Shown: piece after piece, positions 23,301 to 36,420 of the stretch | Layout of the letters: every line of letters starts with the position of its first letter | Numbering within the stretch: position 1 is the first letter of the stretch | Assembly: GCF_009834535.1 (NCBI RefSeq) | Contig: NC_045696.1 | Location: forward strand, 73,162,001-73,226,000 | Direction: 5' to 3' | DNA: 64,000 bases | Source: Camelus ferus | Taxonomy: Eukaryota | Notes under the pieces: model-generated | Database searches by the model: none | The model's input: only the letters and a program-made list of their open reading frames with translations | What the model was told of the DNA's origin: nothing | Program-made: the position numbers and the translations under genes

Positions 23301-25861
23301 GGTCTATCCTATTTCACTGCTATGAACTATACCAGAGAGCTTGAAAGATCTCTATCATATAACTTTATTAAGTTGGGGAATCCAGTTGTTGCTATTGTAT
23401 TCATGGTGCCTACCTATCTCTAGGTGGGTAGGGTGAATATCAGCATGTCTTTCTAACGTGTTATTTCCATAGTCCTCTTAGGAAAGGTCTTTATTGAATG
23501 ACATTAGTATTATAAATTGTCTTGAATTGAGATAGGCTCTGGTCTCTCAATCTCTAAAGGCCATACTATTCTATTACATTTTCTAGCCTTATATGATACT
23601 CTCTTTCTGCCGAGATCATTGTTGGATGAATGTATTTTGCATGTATCTTCCAGTTCCCTTATGACAAAGCACATCATGGAGACTTTTAACTGGAGATATT
23701 GCTCATGTGGATGGACAGAAGTTAGACATTATTTTTAGGCGTAGATCTTGGATTACTGTGAAAATGGCCCTGTCTCTATTCTCTTGTTGTCTTTCAGTGT
23801 CTAATGTCATCCAGGATATTCTTGATGCAAGATTATTTGTTATTCCATCTCCAAGAAAGATAAGTCACAACCCACATAATGTCAATGTACATATTAGCCT
23901 ACATATCCTGACTGGTTCTGGAAATTCTTTAGAATGATCATTAATGCCAGTTTTAGAAAACCTAATGTCACGTAGTTAAGATTATTCCCATTTTTTCAGA
24001 GAGAAAGTGAGGTAAAATGATTTGTCCTAATCTAGCAGGAGAATATGTATCAGTGGGATGTTACTTATAGTGCTACCTCTTGATTTTAGATTTTCTTTTA
24101 AAAAGAAGACTTGAATGCTTATAAAATTTTTGCACAGAAAAATAAATCCATTCTTATAAATCACTCGTTTGCTCATTTTTCATGGATTACACAAGATAAG
24201 TTCCTTTAAAAATGAACTACCAATATTTATTTTAGAAGGCCTCCTTATTCCTTTATATAATTTAAAAAATACAATATGGGAAAATGTTCCTTAACTCCTG
24301 TCAAAAAAGAATAAAGAATTATCTTATTTGATCAGTCCATCACAGCTCTGTGGGAGAAGAAATGTAAGATTCAGCAATCATGCAAATAATCACAGCTTGG
24401 AAGGATCTTCATGGGTGATTATCTAAGTTGGTTGAAACTCTGGCATGATTCCAGAGGAACCCTCCTGCAATCGCCCACCCAGGCTATTCATAAAAGAACA
24501 GTATTGGAAGGCTCCTGTGGAAGCACTCCATAAGATAGATGATGTCTGTGATACAAAGGTCTTGGAAGGATAATAGTTTAAGCCTTTGACCTCATCAGGA
24601 AGAGATCAAACTACATATATATTCACCTCTCTGACCATCCACCCATCCATCTATTCATTCATTCACCCATCTATCCATACCTGCCAGTCTGTCTGATATC
24701 TGAAAATCACCAGCTTTAATAGAGCACCGTAGGCCGTAAAGTGTTCAGCAAAATAGACTACATGAGAGCACGTGTCTCCTACAAGACGCAGTAGTGCATA
24801 TCATCAGTGCTTTTCCCACAAATGCCTCTGAAAATTCAAACTAATACATGAACATCCATAAAGTCGTAGGTTCATGAACCTGGAAGGGAACTTGTGCAAT
24901 CATCTAGGAGGAAGAATTTTCAAATAGAAAAAAATCACAGTTATATAGATGTAACATTTCTAAAAGAACAGGAAACTGACATGAAGAAATAAACACACCC
25001 GATAAAGGATTGAAGAGTGTACTTTTAGCACAATAGGCTAACATGTCTAGAAAAGACAGAGATACCTTTGTCATAAGTAATAAAATTTTACTCAGACATT
25101 GCCTATTATTTGATAATACTGCGTCTGAACTTTCAGGTCAATAATACAAATTATATTAAGATTTCTTTTAGGTACAAATTTCTATCAAAACATCACGAAT
25201 TATACCATGTAAAAAAATCAACAACAAATAGTACACTGGGGGAAAGAGCAACATTTAAATAAAATACTTTCAATTTTCCCTGAACTCAAGTAATAGCTTC
25301 TATTTTATCATATTTTTACAGTTTCCTTGACAGAAAAGTGAGATCAGGAGCAAGACCCTTATTTTAGAACGTGTGGTCACTGGACAGTATTTTTCTCTTG
25401 AGATAAGGTTATCTTCTGACTTTTGAAAGATTATTTTGACCATGATCTTGCTGTTCTCATATAAATCTTACTTTCATCCTGAAATGAGACCAATTCCAGT
25501 ATGGAGACATCGGCTACAGATTATCCATGACCAAAATCATTATACTGGAAAAATGAAGTCCAAACTAGTGTGTCTGAATTACAGCTTGAAGAAAGTCATT
25601 GAAAGGCTCCACTCTTCACGTCTCTAGTATCTTAAAGCCTGGCTTACTCAGCTGTTCTATTCATGGAAAACATGGTGTGATCCAAAAGCTAAAGGCACAA
25701 GGTTGTTTTCAGTTTTTAGTTGTTGCTTTTGTTTTTACTTAAATAGGAAAGTATAGTCCAAGCAAAACAGATACAGCTGTGTGGGTTACAGATAAAAAGA
25801 TGGATCAAAATGTATTCTTTTTAGAGGAAAAAAACATACCTTTAAAAAGTGAACGCAGCTA

Positions 25862-26584
25862 CCCTCCTACACTGCTGGTGGGAATGCAATTTGTTGTAGC
25901 CACTGTGGAAAACAGTATGGAGATTCCTCAAAAGACTAGGAATAGACTTACCATATGACCCAGTAATCCTGCTCCTGGGCACATATCCAGAAGGAACCCT
26001 ACTTCAAAAAGACACCTGCACCCCAATATTCATAGCAGCACTATTTACAATAGCAAAGATATGGAAACAGCCTAAATGTCCATCAACAGATGACTGGATA
26101 AAGAAGATGTGGTATATTTATACAATGGAATACTATTCAGCCTTAAAAATGACAACATAACGCCATTTGCAGCAACATGGATGTCCCTGGAGAATGTCAT
26201 TTAAGTGAAGCAAGCCAGAAAGAGAAAGAAAAATATCATATGAGATTGCTTCTATGTGGAATCTAAAAAAAAAAAAAAAACATAAATACAAAACAGAAAC
26301 AGACTCATAGACACAGAATACAAACTTGTGGTTGCCAAGGGGGTGAGGGGTGGGAAGGGACAGACTGGGATTTCATAATTTGTATAGTGACAGGCATATG
26401 CAGAATAGATAAACAAGATTATACTGTATGGCACATGGAAGTATATACAAGATCTTGTGGTAGCTCACAGCGAAAAAAAAAAAGTGACAATGAGTATATG
26501 TATGTTCATGTATGGCTGAAAAATTGTGCTCTAACTGGAATTTGACACAACACTGTAAAATGACCATAACTCAATAAAAAATTT
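25862..26584 (+). mobile_element. 5'-truncated camelid-type LINE-1
   Basis: ORF2 end and 3'UTR ending tgaccataactcaataaaaa. Degenerate TSD aaaagtgaacgcagcta / aaaatgaatgtaccta. Confidence 0.92.
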
Positions 26585-27199
26585 AAAATGAATGTACCTA
26601 AATATTTTCAATTAACAATATTTAAATGGGTAAATGAATGAATAAATCTATCAATTACCTATCAAAAAAGTGCATTGCACATGTAGAGTGTGAGAAGCTC
26701 AGTGCTAGTTGTGAGGGAGACAAAGATACATAAACTGCAAAAACCATCAGGAATTAAAATCTAATAGACACTGTTTGGATAAATGAGTAGTACCTAGAAT
26801 CATCTCATTGTAAAATTTGAGAATTCCCCTAGTAGCTTTTTTCTTTTGTCTCAGAACATACATATTTTATTTGTGAATGTAGTATGAAGTGGCCACTTCA
26901 ATTGGCAAGTTTTCAAATTCTTATTTCATTTTCCACTCCTACTTGCTGAATTATCCTTCTCTTCCTCATTAACTAGTTATAGTAAACATATTTTTGATAT
27001 ACTAAACTGCTATTATAGTGGAAACTAAATGGAATAGAAGTAAGATATATGCACATGTGTGTATTATGTATATACACACATAAATACATATTATATACAT
27101 ACTATCTTATCTACTCTATCCTAATGAGTAATTATTATTCCAGCACTACCCCTTTTATTACTGTACCTTAAGTATGTTTTTAAAAGTAATAGAGTTACC

Positions 27200-27760
27200 T
27201 TACCTCTACTATATTTCTTTTTCAACTATTTCTTTGCATTTTGCTTCTTTAGTCCTTCAGGATATTTTAGGACCTTATGCCTTAACTTGTTTAGGATATT
27301 TGTTCTAATAACATTATATGTATACAATATCTGGCAAAATTTTATTTTTATAGTGTTTAGTTTCCCTAATCTTGAATATGCTACAGCTATATATTGTTTT
27401 CTTTTTTTTGAGGGGGCAGGTAATTAATTTTATTCATTTATTAATTTTTAGAAGAGGTACGAGGGATTGAACCCAGGACCTCATGTACGCTAAGCATGTG
27501 CTCTACAACTTGAGCTATACCCTCCCCCTATATGTTAAGTCTTTTAATATATCTTTTAACAATATTTTTTAGTTTTCTTCATATAAGTTATGTACTTTCC
27601 TTGTGAAGGTTTTCATAAAACTACCTAGAGATTTAAAAGTATATTTTTGCTTCTTTTGTAAAAAGGACCCCTTTAAAACTTCCATTTTCTGTAATTTTTC
27701 AGGTATGTTATCTATGTTCAAGATATACTGAATTCTTTTCTGGCCTTTCTGAGTTTACTG
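27200..27760 (-). mobile_element. Ancient L1M fragment interrupted by a SINE
   Basis: Antisense ORF2-like tttatagtgtttagtttccctaatcttgaatatg...gttttcttcatataag. Confidence 0.45.
27402..27528 (-). mobile_element. tRNA-derived camelid SINE (vic-1-like)
   Basis: Minus strand reads gggggagggtatagctcaagttgtagagcacatgcttagcgtacatgaggtcctgggttcaatccc. Homologous to 8764-8905. Confidence 0.9.
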
Positions 27761-29718
27761 TACATCTACAAAAATGGAAATTGTGTCTTCCAATATTTAT
27801 CATTTCTATTTCTGTTAAGTCTAATCACACATTTGAGAAAGTGATGATACTCTGGTGGTCTTTTGAGGTGCATATTGCAACGGAGACAGATATTTTTAAT
27901 TCTTGTTACAGATATGAGTCCGAACTCCTTTGTAGATCTCAAGTCCATAGAACTGGACTGATCTGCGTTCCAATTTCACTTTCTTCTCCAAACCTGTTAA
28001 ACTTGCTTTATTCTTCTAAACACATGGTCTTTTGAGAAAATAAGTCAGATAACATTATTTTTCTCTTTATTAAAAATATTGCTCAATCCATAGGCAGTCA
28101 TAGCTATTTTAATCTGTCTTTTGCAAAAAATCCATTGCTCAAAATTATTCAGTGCTTACAGGATAAAAAATTTTAAAACTTCTGTAGGAAAATTGTTTTT
28201 CTGAAGTTTTCATTGTCTTCAACTCTAATTTTGTGTTGCTTTTCCAAAATCATAATATGTGGCAAATCATTTGAATGAAACCATTCTTCTAATGAACTAG
28301 CTTTCTTTCATTTTTTTCTTGACAGTTTATATTTGATCATAACAATTTTCCTGGGTACCTGTTAAGAACTGAACTCTATGGTAATAAGCTTGAGGAAATG
28401 CTGAAGAAATACAAAAAAATGCCTCTAGACTATAATATACAAGAGGGAGAAGTATGGAACCTGGAGTCACCAGGCTTTATTGAGGAGAACCTTGAAGAGT
28501 GAGTAGCATTCAAGGAGGAAGGCAGAAGGTGTGTGGGGTGTTGTCATACCAGGAAGGAGGGAAACCTGAAAGCTCAGAGATGGGCACCCGGTTAGTACCG
28601 CCTTAGTAGAGGAATGGCAGGTGATACTTGTCGCTCAAGGAGAACATACCCCCTTTCACTCTTTTCCCACCTGTACCATTCCTGTGATAAATATTTCAGC
28701 TTTATTTTTACTCCAAATAAAGTTATTTAAAATGTTATATGAAGAACAAAAATTTGGTAAAAGTCCTCTGTTGTCTCTTACTATTAGATTACAACCAGAA
28801 AAAGGAAGAAAATAATAAACTAGTGACATTCAAAATTATAAAATGCCTCTAAAATAGTCATAGATCATAAGGTATCTTATATTTCAGCATCAACCTGTCT
28901 TTAAGAACTTGTGTGAACTATTTGGACAATAGAGTAAAATAAACATGCAATTTGTTAGCCACTAGGGATTTATAAAATCATGGGATTCTGTCTTTAACCC
29001 TTACTCATAAAGGATTAGTTGGGATAAATTTTAAAATTTATTTTAAGGAGATATTTTCAGAATTAAGTAGTTTACAATAGCCCAGACTAAAGGAATTCCT
29101 CTCAGGTTCAATTTAGAGCCAGCTTCTGTCATGTGCTCATGACCGCTGACTTCTAAACAACATGTATTAGTTCATCCTTGAATTCATTACAGAAATGATC
29201 TAATATGCACAATCTGTTTATCTTCAATTGCATCATAATATATTCATAATCTGTTCAAATTAGGAAACACAGATAATACATCTGAATAGAGTTCTCACTT
29301 TGGGAGGTACAGAGAAATTAGTAAATTAATGTAGAGGTTGATTAATGAAAGATATTTTATTGACCTGAATGACTTGACCTGCTGAACAGTTTACACACAG
29401 TAACTAATTTATAGACTGAGAAAATCTTATTACTTGTTTATTCTCCCTCCCTCTAATATATTGTTTAAAAAATACTTTCATGTAGTAACTTATAGGCATA
29501 GACTGGGACCATAATAATTCAGACAAGAAATTGAAATGAATTCAGTATTTTACAGTATGCGAAAAGACCAAAACTTAGCTTTTATAATGCAACAAGGAAA
29601 CCCAAGAATCAAAGGAATAAAAATTTTTTTTACATGCAACTTTTCCATCGTGTTTTAACTCTTCTTCCAGAATTCCCAGGGAATATTTGACTGGCAGAAG
29701 GGGAGTATAACCTTAAGT

Positions 29719-30856
29719 CAATGGTTCTGAAAGTGTAGTCTGCAGACTCTCAGGGTCCCTGAGACCCTTTCAAGGAGTCCATGAAATCAAAACTACTTCT
29801 GTGGTAATACTAAGATGTTACTTGTTTTTTTCACTGTTGGCATTTTGCACTAACTGTGCACAAACAGTGGTGGATAAACTGCTCATGGTCTAAGGCAGTG
29901 GCATTAAACTCTACTTGTACTCATTATATTGTCACTTCCACATATTTATACTGAAAAAAAAAGTCAGTTGCATTTAAGAGTTTTCTTGATTAAACAGTAA
30001 AAGTTATTAATTTTATTAAATCTTGTACCTTGAGTATATATCTTTTTCTGTATAACAAAATGGGAAATACACATGAAGTATTTCTGCTGTGTCCTGAGGT
30101 AAGATGGTTGTCTCAAGGAAAGCCCGATCATGATTGTTTTGCAAGCTGACGTTCTGATGAGATCAGTGGTAATATTAATCATTATGGTTTGGTTTTTAAA
30201 TATTACACAGTGAAATATGTCAACAGTTGGAAGATCTGAAGTGGACCTGTATTTTACAAAGGACTAACATGATATATCAAAACTAGGCATAGGTAAAAGA
30301 TCCATTCAAAGTGCCAAATAATGACAAAGGATTTATATATAAAAATGTACAAAAAGTTCATTGATATTGTTTGAAATTCTATATTAAAACTAATTTCTAA
30401 AGAAACCACGTTGGTCAAGTTTTGGTCTTGTACCAAAGAATAATACCCAAAATTATCCAAAAAGGCTATTTACTCACTCCTCCCTTTTCCAACTGCACAT
30501 TTGTAAGAGATCAGACTTTCTTGATACACTTCAAAATCGCAACAGATTGAGTGTAAAAGCAGATATGAGCATTCAGCTGGCTTCTATTAAGCCCAATATA
30601 GGATTTGAAAAAATGTCAAGTAATGCCACTTTTTGATGGAATAACTATAGTTATTTTTTAAAGATATTATTAGTTATGTTCACATATGAGTTATTATTTT
30701 AAATAAATTATAAATGCTTTTAAAGTTTCTCAGTGTTAATTTCTAATATGATAAATATTGATAGATCTAACTTACATAAGCAAAAGCTCTTTGGGGTCTT
30801 CAATAATTTTTAAGAATGTAAAGGGTTTCTGAGGCTGCAAAATTTGAGAACCACAG
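29719..30856 (+). mobile_element. Charlie1a-like hAT DNA transposon, internally deleted
   Basis: TIRs caatggttctgaaa / tttgagaaccacag, Charlie1 5' signature gggtccctgagaccctttc, and transposase motif EVRWLSQG at ~30096-30119. Confidence 0.85.
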
Positions 30857-31019
30857 TCTAAATGAATGCTATGAATGTTTTAAATATTTAGGATTAGATT
30901 TTATTATTGCCTAAGAGATGAAAGGTAATGAAATAGTTATATCGTTTTCTTTTTTCAAAGAATAAAAGGACTACTATTTGTTGAAATCTCATGTCCAAAT
31001 GAGCATAATGAGTTTTCTG

Positions 31020-31245
31020 CAGATCATTTGGAATTTCAACCCCACCACTTACAGACTACACAGCCTTGATCAGACTGCTTACTTTTTCCATGATCAAGTT
31101 TCCCAACTATAAAATGAGAATAATAATGACAATGATAATATCTACCTCAGTAGTGATGTGGGGATTAAATGAGATAATCCACGTTAAATACTTGAACACA
31201 ATGCCTGTCACTGTATAAGCATAAGCATTTGTTGCATTGTTATGG
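31020..31245 (+). mobile_element. MIR SINE
   Basis: ctataaaatgagaataataa...ggattaaatgagataatccacgt...aacacaatgcctg. Confidence 0.8.
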
Positions 31246-31689
31246 TCGTGAGGATAGCTCTCTCTTTGATTCCACAGTAATGAAATATGAATAATACTTT
31301 GCATATTTTTTGTAGTTTTCAGATATCTGTATACACGTGCTGGACGACATAATCCAAATATTCTATTATTGCTTCATGGAGTTGTAGTGGAAAATATTTA
31401 AGGGGAAATTTGTATTGGCTTTTTGTAAAAGGCAAAGAATCTTTTTCTCCTGTCTCTGGGGAGGATTGTCTTTTCTGAATGTTGTCAATATCAGTCTTAT
31501 GATTTAGGATTATTTTTGTGCTGAATCCTTTTTAATGAATCAACCCCGCAGAAAGATTAGTATTTGCTGACACACTGATTTATGCTTCAGTATAACTGAA
31601 GGAAAGAGGTTAATTTAAGACATTGAATAACCTGCCTTTTGACACAAGTCAATCAATAAGGATTCCAGTACTAATCAAAGAGAAGGGAA

Positions 31690-31850
31690 TTAGCTCTTAC
31701 TGGGAGCCGACTGTGTTACAGGAGGTATTTCGCACTTACTCGCTAATCTTCATAACAATTCTACCAGGTAGGTATAATTATTTCCACTTTGCAGGTGAGG
31801 AAACTGAGTCTCAGGGAGCTACAACTTTCCTAAGATGGAGAGGGAAAAGA
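31690..31850 (-). mobile_element. MIR SINE
   Basis: taatcttcataacaattct...ttgcaggtgaggaaactgagtctcagg. Confidence 0.8.
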
Positions 31851-33599
31851 AATCACAAAGAATTAAGCCTTTTTTGACTAGAGGAGAGAGCAAATTTCCA
31901 ATATAGTAGATAAGGAGCATTACAAGGCTGGAAAATAATGACGTTCATTTGCTCTCTATTAACTATAAGACTAGAAAGAAAATGGTGGGTTTAAAACGCC
32001 ATACAGAATAAATAATGGGAAGATTGCTGCTTGATTGTTCAAACACTATGGCTGCACCTATAAAATTTCAACACAACTGCCAGTTAAGAATACTCAATGG
32101 AAAAAGTCCAAGTGTTAATTTGACATAATGCAGATAAAATAATCACTTAGTTGAGCAATAATTTCACTTTCCACTTTGGGTTTTCTTCATTCCATATAGT
32201 TACAGACTAGAAAAATAAATGTACTAATGTAGGTACTAACACCACTTGGAGCCTAAGAATTAGTTAAAACCTAACTCCATGTATTTTCTTCTTACATCCT
32301 CCAAAAGAAGAATTTATTAAAATAATTAGGTAGAAGTGAAAGGTGAACCGTATAATGTGCCATTTTCATAATCCTAGGATTATACAGCATATGTGAGTTT
32401 TAGAAAGTTTATTATAAATCTCTGAATAATCACAGATAAAATTCTGAGAACTAGCTGGACAGAAAGCTAAGAATCAATTCCCTTTCTGCATTCAAAACAT
32501 GGTCTTGTAAATATGCAGCTTAAATAATTTAATAGTAAATGTTTAAAATAGTATTAGTGAGATATGCTATCATATTCCCTTCTTTTTCTGCATTTTACAT
32601 TTTTATGAAAAAAAAATCAAGCCTTTTTAGCTGTAAAGAAGCTATAAAAGCCATAACAACAGGGTAACTTTGGGTAAGATTCTTCAGTGGTTACTTTCTG
32701 GCATTGAGACAATTAAACAGCTTTTCTAAATACCTTTAAAAAAAAAAATCAACATACTCACTGATTCACTTCCCCGACAAATCTCCAGTTTACTAGAAAG
32801 GTACAGAACCAGTATGAGGAGCTTGGATTTTAAAACCTTAAACGTACTTTTCTAAGTGTGCAAGCCACGTTTTTTAATCATTAAAAATAAACACCAAAAA
32901 AGCCTATATGAAACAAGGCGTCTAAAGGAAAGCTTTTTGTGTTTTGAATACTGAGATCGACCAAACCTGAAAAGATGCAGTCAGAAAAATAAGGAAAAAT
33001 GAATTCAGGATTTCACACATTTGAAGCATGCTGTACATATCCTGAAAAAAAAGCTAACAGAAAGAACTTTAATAACTCTAATCTGGGTCATAAGACTCAA
33101 GGTTCTCTTTGTATCTCACACCAAAGAAGAGTCTAGACAGTGGTACTTACATATTTTGAGCCAAAAGATCACCAATTTTATACACTCTAAGTAAGAATGC
33201 TTTTTTTAAAAGTCCATGATTCATATAACCGACATTTAAAAATATATTCATATAACCTACAATAATTTGTAAGACTTTTGTGTCCTTCAAAATGCTGCTT
33301 AACAATCTTTCCCCCAAAAGCTGATTTTATATGTTGAAATTTACAATAGGAAAGTACATGTCATATTTCTAAAATGATTTTATGACTTAACCTATAAATC
33401 ATTTTTTCTTTCTGTGGCATTTTTAGTCTGAGTATTTCTTTCTGTGAAACTTTCAGTCTGACTGAAAATTCCACACTAGTATCGAAAGTTTTCAGACCAC
33501 AAATTTTGGCATTACTATGAAATATGTTATAAGACTTTGGTTCTGGCTTTATATTTAGCTTACTTATTCGACCTAAGTGACAACATTAATTGTCAACAA

Positions 33600-34330
33600 T
33601 AAAACTTAATTGATATGAGGTGAACTAGGGACTCCATCTGGGGCCTGTTAGGACCTGATGCTGCATGGGTTTGTTTCAACAAGGAAAGGAAAAGCATTTT
33701 AACCACAGCTCTGATTCAGAAATGATTCAGAATTTGGTTGTTCTGTAGCATTTGGACCTTGTCCATGTATCAGTTATTATAAATCTTCCTCCTCCATCTT
33801 GCCCTCCCAATTTGAAATAAGCAAAATGTGTTTTAATCAGTCTCTAAGTATTTGAATTTACATACAGCACTCAAAAGCATTTTGCTTTGCACTTGCAAAC
33901 TTCAGCTTTCTCTCTTTTTCAAAAATGTGTCCTCTTGTAAAGAATTATATGGAGAACATTTTGTTGTTAATAGTTATTTAAATTATTTACTGGCTTTTTT
34001 CAGTTCCCTGGAAAACATTAAGGGTGCTCTCACAATTTGTCTGGCTTGTCTGGCTTTGGCACAACTGGATTTGGAAAATCATGTTGGAATGTGAATCCAA
34101 AGCATCAAATTTTGTGAAAGCAGAGTGTTATCCCAAAAGTGTCCGGCAGCCAAGTGGTACCAGTTTCAACAATGGTGCCAGAGTATTTTTTCAGAAAGAC
34201 AGTTTCTGTTTAAATCTCAGCTTTTTGTCTGGCATCTATAGTTGGTCTGTTTGTCCCGGAGAAAGACAAAGAGCCAGCAGCACCTGAAGCTTTTATCTTT
34301 TACTTCCTTTGCAAAGTCATTCCTGCTGCA
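33600..34330. promoter_or_regulatory. Candidate conserved non-coding element
   Basis: No recognisable repeat. SOX (aacaatg, 34168), TCF/LEF-like (catcaaa, 34103) and three TTGTCTGGC copies. Inference only. Confidence 0.3.
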
Positions 34331-34639
34331 GTTTCTTTATTTTACTGTATTATTTCCTTATTTTACTAAATCACTTATTGATCAGACATAGCTGGAGGGA
34401 AGATTCATATTTTGTAATACATTACATATGTTTTAGACAGATAATATAATTCCTTTTATATTTACATATAAACACAAATCTAAAAGATCAAAGACTAGAT
34501 TTACTTTGAATAGTATTTATTGTTCATTCATATTTATTCTTATTAAGTATATAAAAGACAGATGCTAGGTTTCGTGAAGGAGTATAAAGATGAATGAGAC
34601 ACAAATCTAATCTCATTTCCCTGTAATAAAATTATTTAA

Positions 34640-34855
34640 ACTATAAAAATATAATATTGAATAACTAAAGAGAGGGAGGAAGCGGGGAGGGAAGGATGTG
34701 TGTGAGAGAGAGAAAGAGTGGGAGTAGGAGTGATAAAAACAAACATGGCAAAATGTTAGCAACTGGTAAAGTTTGGGTGATGAGTATAAAGGAGTTCTTT
34801 GTACTATTCTCATAATTTTTCTGTACGTTATATATTATTTTAAAATAAAAGTTAC
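34640..34855 (+). mobile_element. Ancient L1M 3' end
   Basis: atggcaaaatgttagcaactgg...ggagttctttgtactattc...aaaataaaagtt. Confidence 0.7.
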
Positions 34856-35829
34856 TGAGTGCACTAGAAAAAAAAGAAGTAGCTGAAATATCTAAGGGAC
34901 TGAGGATTTGTGATGTCTAGCGTCCTCCTTACTTGTAAGAATTGTGTTTCAAGTCTCTTTTACCTCCCTACTGTTTCTGCAATCATTCTTTAAACTTGGG
35001 AGGCACTCAATAAACGTATCGATATTGAGTGCTTATCTTTTTCTTTGGAACCCCAGTTTTCAGGCAGAATTTCCTCAGATCAGACCATAAAACTATTCAT
35101 AAACTGTATATACAATGGACAAGAGAAATTATGCAAAAGATGACTTTGTAAATGACTGTGTATAAGCCTCACCAACTAGAAGGCAGTATATTTGGGCTGA
35201 TCTCTTGATCTCACTTGTCAAATACTATTCATTTAAAACTATCCTCACTCTCAAACTATGAGCAAGTTGTAAGCTAGAGTTTTATCCTTCTCATCCTAAT
35301 ACATGCAGCAGAGACCCTTGAATGTAGTAAATGCTCAGCTCATGTTTGTTGGCTGTATAAATGAATAAATACAGATTCAAACATTTTTGTGCAAAAGATC
35401 TTCAAATTGATTTCTCTTATTTTGTTTTTCACACCAAGGCTACAATGGTCGACATGAAGCTGAGTTAGCTCAGAGTGTAAAATTTGATCCATATGATTCT
35501 TTATGATAGCCTTTCTAATTAGAACTACAATGTGCAAACTATATTTAGGAAAAGGTGTATAAGGAGTTTGTCCAACAAAAGCAGATTTCAAAGCTGGAGA
35601 ATATTAATGGTCAAGCCCAATATATTTAGCACGTGGTTAAATACTTAATATATTTTACTGTGACTTTTTACAGTCAAAAGCCCTATAGTATGTATACATT
35701 TTTTCAAATGACATTTGAATAAAAATGTAAAAAGCATCTACATAGATGAAGGGCATTTCTGGACTTGGAGAAACCTCTGAGGTTGGAATAATAACATTTT
35801 GAGTCATCTAAATTCGTACTTATTATCAC

Positions 35830-36420
35830 GTAAGTGAACATTGATGCTGCCACTGGATCTTATACAAATATTCAGATTTTTGTTTCCTTGTCATTCTGAA
35901 GGTTATCTCCCTGGTCACTCTGAAAATCAGGTGACAACCATTTCCCATGATGCTTTAAGGGCTGTCAAAGTGTCCATCAAGCTGTCACCTGACCAATCGT
36001 TCCCATGGTTCTTTTAGACTTGCAGTATGATAAATTGAAAGGCAGTATTATCTGTCTGTTGTGAAGAGGAACTGTTTGGGCTTTGATAAGATATCACTAC
36101 TCCCAGGTGAGAGGCCGCTGACAGCACATCAAGGCAAAACAACACATAGAAACACTGAACAGGGGAGCACAGGTTTACAAACATCTGTTGTCATTATTTA
36201 TTACTTTTCTTTGGGTTTAAGTTTCTTACTCATCCTTCAATAATTCAGGAGCAGATATTTTGCTTTCTGGCTTGCAAATAACAATTGCTGCTCTTTTCAT
36301 CTTGGGAGAAGAATCTTGAAATTGAAAACACATCTGCCTACCTTTGTGATTCATGGTACACAAGCTTTCCCCTTTGTAACTAACACGTTCTGCTTTCCTG
36401 CTGGTGCCGTCATTTACTTT
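35830..36420. promoter_or_regulatory. Candidate enhancer
   Basis: No recognisable repeat. Clustered RBPJ, MEIS, TCF, GATA and E-box motifs. Inference only. Confidence 0.35.
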
